From Azolla caroliniana (Eukaryota; Plantae; Polypodiophyta), in contig JBHGNT010000314.1 in NCBI GenBank assembly GCA_043228905.1, forward strand, positions 1 through 35,579: a DNA stretch of 35,579 nucleotides, given 5' to 3'. The notes beneath the pieces were generated by a model, which was given only the letters and a program-made list of their open reading frames with translations, was not told where the DNA came from and ran no database searches. The first letter of the stretch is position 1; each line of letters starts with the position of its first letter. This document shows, in pieces, positions 1 to 10,656 of this stretch. Both the position numbers and the translations under genes were made by a program.

Positions 1-424
1 ATATTGTAGCTATGCGGAAGGAGTGAACGAAGTAGCACCAGATTCGGCATACAATGATTTCCCGGCTTGGGAACAAGGAGCGAGCAACGTTCTCTACTGT
101 CTTGCATCTTGTGTGCAATACCAAATGCTAGGCTACATTCGGGATGAGAAGACGGTGAAGGAGGCCTGGGAAAATCTAAAAATGATTTTTGCCACAAGTA
201 CCACGGCCCGAAAGTTGGCGCTCGAACAAAAGCTCAACAATATTCGACAAAGGGATATGTTGGTGATCAACTACACCACGAAGATCAAGGAGATATGCAA
301 TGCCCTAGAATCCATCAACATGACTGTGGAAGAGGATGAAATGGTGCTGATCTACCTCGGTGGTCTAGCGCAAAGGTATGGGCCGATCCGGACCACTATT
401 TGCACACGTCATTGGACACATTAG
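1..424 (+). pseudogene. Ty1/copia gag (UBN2-type) fragment
   Basis: ORF 23-424 (KEAWENLKMIFATSTTARKL..KLNNIRQRDM..YTTKIKEICNALESIN..EEDEMV..LGGL) aligns by eye with the gag of element B at 23888-25093. It stops early and no pol follows. Confidence 0.85.
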
Positions 425-1441
425 GGACTACGTCGAGACTCAATCCTCATGATGATGAACTCTTGAAGCAAGCGCTCTAGTATTAGGTTACTGTGCATAA
501 TCTGTTTCTCTAGTTTATCTGTATTATTTGTTGGACACTAACGTACAGGTCATCAACATCTCCAACTGCTGCACCAACATTATATATATACCAACAACGA
601 AAGTATGAAGAATATCTCAAATAATGTAAAATATTTGAAGAAGATGATACCATAAGTGGCACCATAGAGGTGCTCTCATGGTGACACTCTAGAGGAGTTG
701 GAGAGTGTGGTATCGTTGGCTCTTCATGAGACCCGTTAGGATGCGAGTTTTTTTTGTGAGGCCAAACTCTACGTTACTAGAAGACATCATGAATTTGTGG
801 TAGACGACATCCTTAAGGAGGTAGAAATTGTTGTTCTAGATGCTACTTCATGTGTTCGCTCATGCTAGATGGAGGATGATCATGATCAAGGCAAAAGTAT
901 ATTTCCAAGATCTATCATTTTTACTCATCCTTGAATGCTAATTTGGAGGGTTGTGGTATCAAAAAATCTTCAATAACCGCAAGTCTCCTTTTCTGGACTC
1001 TACTTGGATATTGTGTGTTATGTTTCTTGTATTTACGCATTGTCTAAAAAATGCCTTTACATTGAATGAAATGGATAGCTTAGACATTACAATCATTCTC
1101 TCATGAAATATATTTAGACCTTAAACAAGCACCCATGTATTCCAAGATGGTTGAGGATATGTTATGAATGACTAAGTTTTTTTTTCCAAAAATGAATGAC
1201 CGAGTTAGAATATGGTGCAATGCTAGAATGCAAATCGAAGGCTTTGAAGAAAGTTGTTTTCTCATGCACAAATAAATTTTTTCCACCCAAGCACATGCCT
1301 TGAAAACACATTTTCTTCAACAAACATTTTACAAAGGTAAAAGGAAAATACCAAACTTCATTGCATATATGACTTTTGATACATACATGATTCGAAAATA
1401 ACTTTGAAAGTTTTTTATTTCTTCATCAATACTCATATCTT

Positions 1442-1731
1442 TTATTTGCTAGTAAATTCAGTGATATGCGATTCAAGATATGTTGCTAATATGTGTGCCT
1501 CCTCTTTCATATACTCTTGGAAGCTATCCCCAAAATTCTCATCATATTCTAGTATCCATTTAATGATGCTTGTATTTGGTTCAGTTCCAGCTAGAACTCG
1601 AATGTCGTAAGTCATGTTGGGGTTTGTATGATTTCCCAAATATCCTCCTTCCATGACAGTACCTTTGAGTTCCATTTTATCATGGTCCACGTAGTCCCAT
1701 ACACCCTTTATATAGTCAAAATGAGGGAATG
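1442..1731 (-). CDS. Bet v 1/PR-10/major latex protein-like gene, exon 2 (spliced protein 157 aa)
   Basis: Acceptor TTTCCCCAG|CA at 1733-1732 is phase-compatible with exon 1 (intron 1292 bp). It encodes FDYIKGVWDYVDHDKMELKGTVMEGGYLG..IIKWILEYD..LATYLESH, typical of the Bet v 1 C-terminal half. Total length fits the family. Confidence 0.88.
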
Positions 1732-3023
1732 CTGGGGAAAACCATAGCATCATAGAGTGCCGAGTTAAAAATATCTCGTATAAAAGAACACATTATTCTA
1801 GTGCAATACATAACATCTTGCGTTAAATGATTACTTCCATTTGATCAAATATCGATGTACAAGAAATTTTACAAAACAAATGGTTTAACAAGTCTAAGCC
1901 ATATAGTTTAACTAGTTGAATATACTAAAAGCACTTATTAACAATTTCCCAGAAAATTAAGCATTAACATGATTGGAACAGAAGAAATAATTCGCTTATT
2001 TTGGCATGTGCAAGGTTCACTTAAATGGGGTTTGTCTGCTTTCTAAACAATGGCCTATTTTTTGTTTAGGCCAACAACAAGACGAAGAAATAACCACATG
2101 AGGGGAAATTAGGATATGATAGACTTCTAATCATCCTATTGGTATATAAAGAATGTTTATAGAGTCTATTGAAATCCAGATACACCAACTGAGTGTATGG
2201 ACATCCATTTACACCACTAAGTCAAACAATCTTGTGTTGGAAAAAGATTTAACGAGTCACTACTCCAACTCTCACATCACTTTGTATTCGCAACTAGCAC
2301 ATTAGAGCATTAAGGTTTGTGAGATACGACCTATGTATATGGGCTATGAAAACATGACCTATTTAAAGGATAGATGGTTTAATAAATTAATTAAATTTGG
2401 AAAAATATCAAATAGAATGGAAATGAATTAATTAAATTAGTAGTAGAGTGGCAACTCATGATAAACAAATGACACTATAAATCATTACAACATTACATTC
2501 AACTCACCAAGACTCCAAGTATATCATTGCATTTATAGTACATAGACAATTTTAAAGAATGTTATTTTTTCAATGAATAACAAGTGAGTTGATGGTTTAC
2601 TTAACAATAAGATTTTATATCCATGATTTTTTCAAATGGGTAATAAGTTGATGACAATATCAAATTGATAAGTTAGTGAGACCTAAATAGGGACATATGG
2701 AGAATATGCATCTGAATCTATGTTTACTACGTGCACGGCTATCGAAGCACCTTAAAGTTATCCATGAATCATCAAAACATGAAATCTCTTGGCATTTTTA
2801 TCATTTTTAGACTATTTAGAAACATTTTACGTATTGAGATAAATGTTTTTAATACTTCACAAAATAGATCTTCCATCATGGACTGAGTGGTTACAACTTA
2901 CACATACACAACCACACTCAATGACATAATATTCCCTTGTACAAGAGATCATATCAGTTTGTAATTTGTAATATAAATAGATGTAAATACATACACACAT
3001 ACACAAAGATGAGGGAGTCTTAC

Positions 3024-3207
3024 TCTTAGTGTTATAGTTGATTTGGAGCACGCCACCTGCAGCAAGAGGGGGGCCATCCAAATACTCGCAAGAGGTGTAG
3101 TGTTGTGGAACGACTTTAGGAAGAGTGTCTTGAAAGTTCTTTATAAATAGCCTCCAAACCTCTTTTGGTGAATGCCCGACTAACGCCTCTACCTCAAATT
3201 GTTTCAT
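3024..3207 (-). CDS. Bet v 1/PR-10/major latex protein-like gene, exon 1 (61 codons + 1 nt)
   Basis: MKQFEVEALVGHSPKEVWRLFIKNFQDTLPKVVPQHYTSCEYLDGPPLAAGGVLQINYNTK matches the Bet v 1 N-terminus (LPKxxP..S.E.L.G...GxV). Donor A|GTAAGA at 3023 gives a phase-1 intron at codon 62, the conserved PR-10 intron position. Confidence 0.88.
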
Positions 3208-3256
3208 GTTGTCCCTCCTTTTGTCTCTATTGTGAATACTGAATCAACTCAATGAG

Positions 3257-3266
3257 TATATATATA
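3257..3266 (-). promoter_or_regulatory. Putative TATA box of the Bet v 1-like gene
   Basis: TATATATATA run ~50-60 bp upstream of the ATG at 3207. A CACGTG G-box lies at 3357-3362. Confidence 0.5.
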
Positions 3267-3356
3267 CTTCAAAAGAATTTAAAAGTATATGAGCACATGG
3301 TAATACATTAAAAAAGAAAACATTCAAGAATTTCATGGGATCTATGTTGTCTACTA

Positions 3357-3531
3357 CACGTGGAAGAAAGAACTCATATCGTGCTTTATATAGCTTAGAC
3401 ATCTACACAACTAGACTCAATAATTTTCAATTCCACAAGAAATCATGTTACTTTATCACTTGAAAGACATTATGACATGTATACTCTAAACTTTAAAACT
3501 CTTTGTCCTCTTTTCTTTCAATTTGACTGAA
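3357..3531. repeat. Left arm of ~175 bp inverted repeat (partner 4885-5060)
   Basis: ttccacaagaaatcatgtta..tgacatgtatactctaaa..ctctttgtcctcttttctttcaatttgact is the reverse complement of 4885-5060, roughly 80-85% identical. Confidence 0.9.
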
Positions 3532-4062
3532 CATCTTCGAAGACCAAAATTGACTCATGAGAAAAATGACGCAAAAATGCGATTCGTATTGTATTATTGA
3601 AAAAAAAAACAATAAAAATCTACAACAAAACAAGTGACTTTGAAGCCCATATTCGACGGTGTTTGATTGCTCTTTAGTTTTCTACTATAGAGATAGATAG
3701 ACAAATATTTTTTGTGTCAATAGAGATGCCAATATTGACCCATGAGACCTACGTTCAGAAGTTTTCTTCATGTGTATCTCCTTTTTAAGAAGAGATATTC
3801 ATACGCTAAAGCACCAAGTCTCAATGTGGGAATAAGGCATGCACATGAGCTCAACCTCTTGTAGTTTACATCCAACATTTCCAACAAGATGTGGTAATCT
3901 ATGATTTAGGATATTCTTGACTTTTCTAATGTATCTATATACTCTTTGTAGTGCCAATATGTCTTGCGTATTCTTGACATACGTTTTGACTACCTAAACT
4001 TTGATCTCATACGCATGCCTTATTCCCACATATGAATTGCTCTTCTTATGAATAACAATTGG

Positions 4063-4490
4063 CAACGGTTTGGTTTGAACCAAACTGAACCGCAAAAGCA
4101 CGGCTTAACGAACTAACGATTTAAACGGTTCAGTTCGGTTCTATTTACAACGGTTTGATACCACAGTTTTAATAGTTTAATGGTTTTAAATTTATTTAAT
4201 TTATATTCAATGATTCAGTATGAATCGCATATTGTATCATTGATCTCATTAGACAATTTTGGTCTTAGAAGATGTTCATATATCCTTCTTTCTTCTTTCT
4301 CTGTCTTTCTTAAAAGACGATATATCTTTATTTCCCTATGTGTGTGTGTGCCTATTAGTTTAAAAGTATAAAAATGGCTTAACCAATTTCAGTGGATTCA
4401 ACGAGTTTCAATCCGAACCCAATCAAGCTCAAATCGGTTCAACAAACACAAGCACCGAAACACCAAAATGTTTAACAATGGTTTAACGAC
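4063..4490. mobile_element. Possible degenerate MITE with AACCG/CGGTT subterminal motifs
   Basis: Clusters of aaccg/cggtt/ggttc motifs at ~4063-4160 and ~4375-4490 flank an AT-rich core. No clean TIR or TSD found. Confidence 0.35.
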
Positions 4491-4595
4491 TCAATTCCTC
4501 CTTGAGCCAAACACTTACCGACTTCTAATTCTTATTACTCTCAACTTCATACATCTTGAAAGTTTCATATGTTGTTTGCGTGTTACGGAGTTCAC

Positions 4596-4921
4596 GTGTA
4601 TGATCAAATCACAACAACAATTTCTTTAAAGCATTTTAAATAATTTCATGCATTAAAATATTACCCATGTGTTATATAATAGATAGATACGAATGAGACA
4701 TGAGAGTAGATTAAACTTATCTTTCAAGTCAAATTGAAAGAAAAGAGGACAAAGAATTTACATGTATGATCAAGTCACAACGACAATTTCTTTAAAGCAT
4801 TTTAAATCATTTAATGCTTTGAAATATTACCCATGTGTTATTCTATAGATATGAATGAGACATGAGAGTAGATTAAACTTATCTTTCAAGTCAAATCGAA
4901 AGAAAAGAGGACAAAGAGTTT
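4596..4921 (+). repeat. Tandem duplication, ~163 bp x2
   Basis: tgtatgatcaa(a/g)tcacaac..gaaagaaaagaggacaaaga occurs at 4596-4760 and 4761-4921. Confidence 0.92.
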
Positions 4922-5060
4922 AAACTTTAGAGTATACATGTCATAATATCTTTCAAGTGATAAACTAACATAATTTCTTGTGGAACTAAATATGAATTTC
5001 ATTGACTCTATTATGTAGATCTCCAACCTATATGAAGCACGATGAGAGTCTTTTCTCGTG
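4885..5060. repeat. Right arm of ~175 bp inverted repeat (partner 3357-3531)
   Basis: Reverse complement of 3357-3531. Confidence 0.9.
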
Positions 5061-5169
5061 AATGATTAAGAATATGATATATTGATATCAAAACATGTTG
5101 GTAAATAAATTTAAAGTCATAAACTTGTTATGAGGCTACATGTTCATATGAATCAAAGGTTATGAAAGA

Positions 5170-5743
5170 GTAATGATAGAAAGAAGAGATATAGATCCAT
5201 AACAACAAAGATCTATTGATAATGACTCAACCACAATACATGAATGGGGAAGAAAACATCACAAGAAGTAGACTAAAAACAAAACCCCCAACCTTACTCT
5301 CCTCCCCTTATTACAAAGGTATCACTTCTTCTATCTCCCCTTCTCACTTCTTATAATCTTCTTCTTCTCTTTTTCACGCTTTTTTTAGAAGTTTTTTATC
5401 TCCTATTTTTAGCTATGACACAACGACCTTCTAATCGTCATATCTCCCTCATCCGAGCTCTACATTTAGAGATTTAAAAAGCTACGGATAACTCTCTTTA
5501 CAAGATTTCCAACCTATATTTGAACATAATATTTGGCTTCCAAACAAATGAGTTATGAGCGTTCGTTTTAGACTGTGTTTTGGTGGCCCGCTTTTTTCTT
5601 CTTTTACTTTTCTCCACGTGTCTTGCTTTTAGTTTAACTTATCCTCAAGACCTTGGTTTGTGTTCTTGACCTCCGGATGTGAATGCTCCATACCTTATAT
5701 TCTTGTAGTGTTCAATACCTTGAATTCTAAAAACACTTTCACA
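5170..5743 (-). repeat. LTR of element A (3' LTR; left edge uncertain, possibly ~5060)
   Basis: Direct repeat of 26203-26865, both ending ...aaaaacactttcaca. Immediately followed by tttagccctcccccttg, the reverse complement of a polypurine tract. Confidence 0.75.
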
Positions 5744-6034
5744 TTTAGCCCTCCCCCTTGCTTCTTGGTGAACCCTAAGCTATTAATAAAACCAAAGATT
5801 CTTCTTTGCCTTATTCATGGCTATAAACAAAGAAGGAGAGAATAAATAAAAAAGAAACAAATTATGTGAGTAAAACCCCTGCTAGTCGGTAGGAAAAACT
5901 TCACACTTCTAAACACACACACACACATTGACAATTGCCATCACCATCTTTCTCGTTGTCAACACAAAGAAAGAGACTACCACAATTATTATGTCTTCCT
6001 CCACTCTCTAAACACGAGTAAGGTCATGCAATAC

Positions 6035-7740
6035 TTAGCTCTTGAGAGAAGTACATATGAATAAACCTTTCAAGTGAGCGAACCTTTTGCACAAATAGCT
6101 TCTTGCTTTGTTTTTCCTATCCCATGAAGATACATCAATTGTTATGCTTTCCTCTTCTTGCTTGCCATTGTTGATAGATGATTCTTTCTCCTTTATACAT
6201 TTGACTAGTTGTTGTAGATACAAGTTGTAGAAGATGTTAAACCCCTTTGATGGTGATAAGTTCATGATACTCCAATCATGTATGACATGTAATTCTTGCA
6301 TCCAAGGTCTTACTAATATTAAGGAATAAGATGGACCTTTAATAAGTATTACATGTAAATCCATGGAAATGGATATGCCAAAAAAATCAATAACCTTATC
6401 CTCTATAGCTCCCAAACAAGGAACCAAACTCTTGTCAACCATGTTGGAGGACTTTTGACAAATAGAATGTCCAATCTTACTCACCATGACATTGGATGAA
6501 GGACCAATTCTATGACGGGAACTTGTCGCTCCTTATGCGCAAGACTCGGCCACAACCGAGATTCTTTTCATACATAGAAAGCGGGAAATAGAACACGACA
6601 CAAGGAAGAGAAATGGTACACAGGAGGTTAACGTGGAAAAACCCCAAACTAGGGGAAAAAACCACGGCAGCCCACAGGCTGCAAACTGTCACTATGTATG
6701 AATGTACAAAACAGTGAGTTCACGGAGGCAACGACCTCGTGCTCACGATCTTCGCCACAGGCGGCGGTTACAACAGAGGCAACGACCTCTTTCTCTCTCT
6801 CTCTCTCTATACAACGTTACGTGCTCTCTCTTCTTCTTCTTGCACCAACAAGAAAATGACAGCAACAACTTAAAAGTTTGCCCTAAGTCATATTTATACT
6901 AATATGACTTTTCGGCTATTTACAAATGTAGCCACAATGGGCTCTCAGAAACATATTTACGAATATGTCTCTTCCTCCGGTTCATACCGGTTCTGCACCA
7001 TCCGGCTCTCCATGGCCGGGTACTCCTCATCCGGTTCACACCGGGCCTGCACCATTCGGCTCTCCGTAGCCGGGTACTACTCATCCGGTTCACACCGGGC
7101 CTGCACCATCCGGCTCTCCGTAGCCGGGTACTACTCATCCGGTTCACACCGGGCCTGTATCATCCGGCTCTCCGTAGCCGGGTACTCCTCATACCGTTTC
7201 GGCCTCGGCCTATCGGCTTCGGCTGAGTTTGTTCGTCGGCACTGTTCTTCTCCCTTCCCATCCGGAGGGACCTGTCTCCCAACATTCTAATACCACTGTT
7301 TACTAAGGCATCCTTAATTAAAAGAGCTTTTATTGTTACTGAAATAACGGATCAAATATCCTTTCGTTCCTTCACTCATATAGCTCCCGCATAGTACACT
7401 GTTTTGGTACTTTGACGTATACTCGCTAGTCGTCCCAATTCCTTCTGTATCTTTTGAGAGAGTTGAAGAAGTTGCGGCCAAGTGATCCGGGGTCCATTAG
7501 TAATCAACTCTTGCTGGAGGTCGAAAGGATCCACTCCTTTCCCCATAGGCATCTCCTCTATATTGATATTTCTCCTTGAACTACATCTGTTTGAAGGATT
7601 CTCCATCTTAGACTCCATAAAATCCTTAGCTTTTTTCTTTATTTGAGGGTTACTTGACTCACCTTCCACCTCTTTGCGCTTGTGGGTTGCTCGAGTTCTC
7701 TTGATTGGAACAAGATCACAATCATCGCCAGTATCATACA
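6035..7740 (-). pseudogene. Gypsy-type gag C-terminus/aspartic protease remnant, split by a solo LTR
   Basis: ORF pieces 7376-7740 (ITWPQLLQLSQKIQKELGRL), ALVNSG near 7290-7310, and 6035-6487 (LILVRPWMQELHVIHDW). Confidence 0.65.
6513..7284 (-). mobile_element. Solo LTR (772 bp) related to the C/D copia family
   Basis: TG..CA ends with a perfect TSD TTCTA (6508-6512 / 7285-7289). Shares the TGTTGGGA start, TATA region and GTGGTTTTTCCC..TTTTCCACG motif with C/D LTRs. U3 has ~4 copies of a 54 bp repeat (~6975-7195). Confidence 0.93.
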
Positions 7741-8547
7741 TGTAAAAGAATACGTTGTGCGGAAGCGTGTGCGTAAATGCAGAGTACACAGTTCAGAAAT
7801 AAGACAGTTCGGTAAACTCAGAAAACACAGAGATGGAGATGGAGAGGGAGAGGCAAAGAGTGAGAGAGCAGACAATGTAAAAACTCAAATTCAAAATAAT
7901 GACTCTCCGTAAATACACCGTGCTCAGTGAGCACCTTTTATACAAGCCTTGTCAATCGAGCTGACACAAGTACTGACAGTACTTGACTACTCATAAATGA
8001 GTCTCAACACTCACTCCCAAATTATTCCTTACGAGGAATATCTCTCTAACGGCCTTTAGGTTTACGCACCGATACGGCCAGGTTGTGCATACTAACTTAC
8101 GCGTCCAGTTTACACACTGGGTTAAGCGCCATATTACGCACCCAATGTTGAGCTTGTCACTCAACACTCCCCCTCAAGCTCAACTTGAGGTTCCTCCTGC
8201 TCTTCCCGATCTACACTTCTGTCCCTTCTGGCTTTACGCCTCGCTCGCGCTCCTCGACCTGTTCGATTCCGCGTGCTTCGACCCTTTCGGTTGGCTTGTC
8301 TGCCCGTTCGGCCCTTCTCAGCTCCCTTGTTGTCATGATGTCGGTGTGTCCTTCGCCACCCTTTTCTCCGCATGGCCTTCAGTTGATTCAGCGTATCTGA
8401 ATCGAACATTCCAATTGAATCGAACACTTCCGATTCAATTCAACTTTCATTTGAATTGGTTGTCTCCAATTCGTCTTCAGTCTTTAGGCGTTTGACTACA
8501 TCAGACCACGTCTTGGTCTTGGCCTTTACGCCCTTCTTGGCTGTATC

Positions 8548-9965
8548 TCACCCTGATTTGGCTATCCTCGGCTCTTTCTTATGCTTATGGTCCTTGCTTC
8601 CGTCTTCGGCTTCTTTAGCCGGTTCGAAGTCAAATTCTCCATCCGACTCCGCATCTTGGTCACTTCCGCCGTGATGCTTACCTCCGCTCCTTTCATGCTC
8701 TGGTCCCTGATCTTCCTCTCTCCCCCTCAAGTTTAGCGTGTCGAGGTGACACAACCCAAGCGCACCCGAGAAATGCCGCAACTTGTCGAGACCAAATGGT
8801 TTTGTGAAGATGTCGGGAATTTGCCGATCAATCGAAACATGTACCAATTCAACTTCTCCTGAAAGGACTCACTTGCGGACAAAATGGTAATGCACCTCAA
8901 TGTGCTTGGTTCAGGCATGGAACACAGGGTTTTTCACAAGGTGGATACTGCTGAGGTTGTTGCAATAGATCATCGTCGGGTCAGATACCTCTACCTGCAG
9001 AACCCGTAATAGCCGTTTCAGCCAAATGAGTTCGCATGTAGTGATAGTTGCCCCTCGATATTCGGCCTCCGTGCTCGACAGTGCTATTGTCGGCTGCTTT
9101 TTGCTGCTCCACGTGATCACAACACTTCCTAATGAGAAGGCATATCCGGATGTGGATCGACGATCGTGGGCGTTTCCAGCCCAATCGGCATCCGTGTAGC
9201 TGACGAACTGTTCGGCTATGCCTGCCTGATAAAACAATGCCATGTCTTTCGTGCTGCTGACATAATGTAGTATCCGTTGCGCGCACTGAAAGTGTTCGAC
9301 TGTAGGCTGCGACATGAATTTACTGATTAGGCCGATTGGATAACTAAGATCCGGCTGAGTAATCGTCAGATAGATAAGGCTGCTGACAATCTGTCGGAAC
9401 CGTGTTGGGTCTCACACCTTTCCCGAATCTCGGCGAAGCTTGACGGTTCTGTCCAGAGGGGTCGAGATGGGCTTACAATTTGCCATCCCGAACTTGAAGA
9501 GCATATTCAGCGCGTAATGACGTTGGCTGATCAAAATGCCTTCGAGGTTGCGGATCACTTTGATCCCGAGGAAGTAATGAAGGTCTCCGAGATCCTTCAT
9601 TTCAAACGATGCCGCAAGCTGAGACTTCACGCGGCGGATTTCATCAAGGTCAGCACCGACGATGACTAAATCATCAACATACAAGAGTAGGCTAACCGAT
9701 CCATATTGTCCTTGCCGAAAAAATAGAGAAGAGTCTAATTTCAACGACGCAAACCCCATCCTACGCAACTGTTGCGTAATCTTTGCGTTCCAAGCTCGTG
9801 GGGCTTGCTTCAGTCCGTATAAGGATTTCTTCAATTGGCAAACTGCCGAGGTGTTTTGTTTAGATAGAAATCTGGGGTGCTGTACCATGTACACCTGTTC
9901 CTCAAGATCACCTTGCAGGAACATGTTCTTTACATCCATTTGATGTAAGTCCCACCCCTTTGCCG
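8548..9965 (-). pseudogene. Element B RT C-terminus and RNase H
   Basis: LHQMDVKN, LKKSLYGLKQAPRAW, LLLYVDDL, TDADWAG..RRSTSGY, ALSSTEAEY, DIFTKP. Contains stops and frameshifts. Confidence 0.95.
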
Positions 9966-10656
9966 TGTTGGGATTACGGTCTCTCCGGATGGGATGGTCA
10001 GATGTCCGGGAATCGGGAATGAAGACCCGAACGAGGAGTACCCGGTATCGGAGCCGGATGATGAAGACCCGGTTCCGGAGCCGGATGATGAAGACCCGGT
10101 TCCGGATCTGGATGATGAAGACCCCGGCTACGGAGCCGGATGATGAATGTACCCGGAGAGAGATCCGGATGCGGGGACATATTTGTGAATATGTTTGCCA
10201 AGGGCCCTTGAGGCTATATTTGTAAATAGCCCGAAAGTCATATGTGTATAAATATGACTTAGGGCAAACAGTTTTGTTGTTGCTCATTTTTCTGTTTTCC
10301 ACTTAGAGGGAGCGAAGTGAGAGCAGCCGAGAGAGAAGTGAGAGAGAGAGAGAAAGGAAGAGGTCGACGCCTCTGTGTAATACCGCCGCCTGTGGCGAGG
10401 ACAGCGAGCTCAAGGTTGTCGCCCTGCAGCTCGCCATTGTACATACCCTGCGTATAGTGATAGTTGGAGTCTTGCACTCCCGTGGTTTTTCCCGTCTAGG
10501 GTTTTCCACGCTAAACCCTGTTGCATTCGAGTCTCTCTCTGTGTTTTCGATTTACTGCTGCATTGACTCGTGTTTCCTCGGTTGTGGCCGAGAGGTGAAG
10601 CTTCTGAAAGCGTCAATTTCCAACAATCTGGTATCAGAGCGACTGCAGTGCAGAAA

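Noticed and set aside
425-1400. Possible coding remnants between the gag fragment and the Bet v 1-like gene
   Set aside because: No recognisable motif or sustained frame; cannot be assigned.
6904-7290. Repeat protein (CTIRLSVAGYYSSGSHRA)n
   Set aside because: Translation of the 54 bp U3 tandem repeat of the solo LTR.
8161-8495. env-like ORF in element B
   Set aside because: Short, low-complexity, and no transmembrane or coiled-coil pattern on the sense strand.
9412-10302. 296 aa ORF as a standalone RT gene
   Set aside because: Chimera of antisense C 5' LTR read in frame into B's RT across the 9965/9966 junction.
10570-10656. N-terminal extension of the C polyprotein (likewise 20262-20321 for D)
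   Set aside because: Non-ATG start inside the LTR/PBS and different between C and D. The shared ATG follows the PBS.
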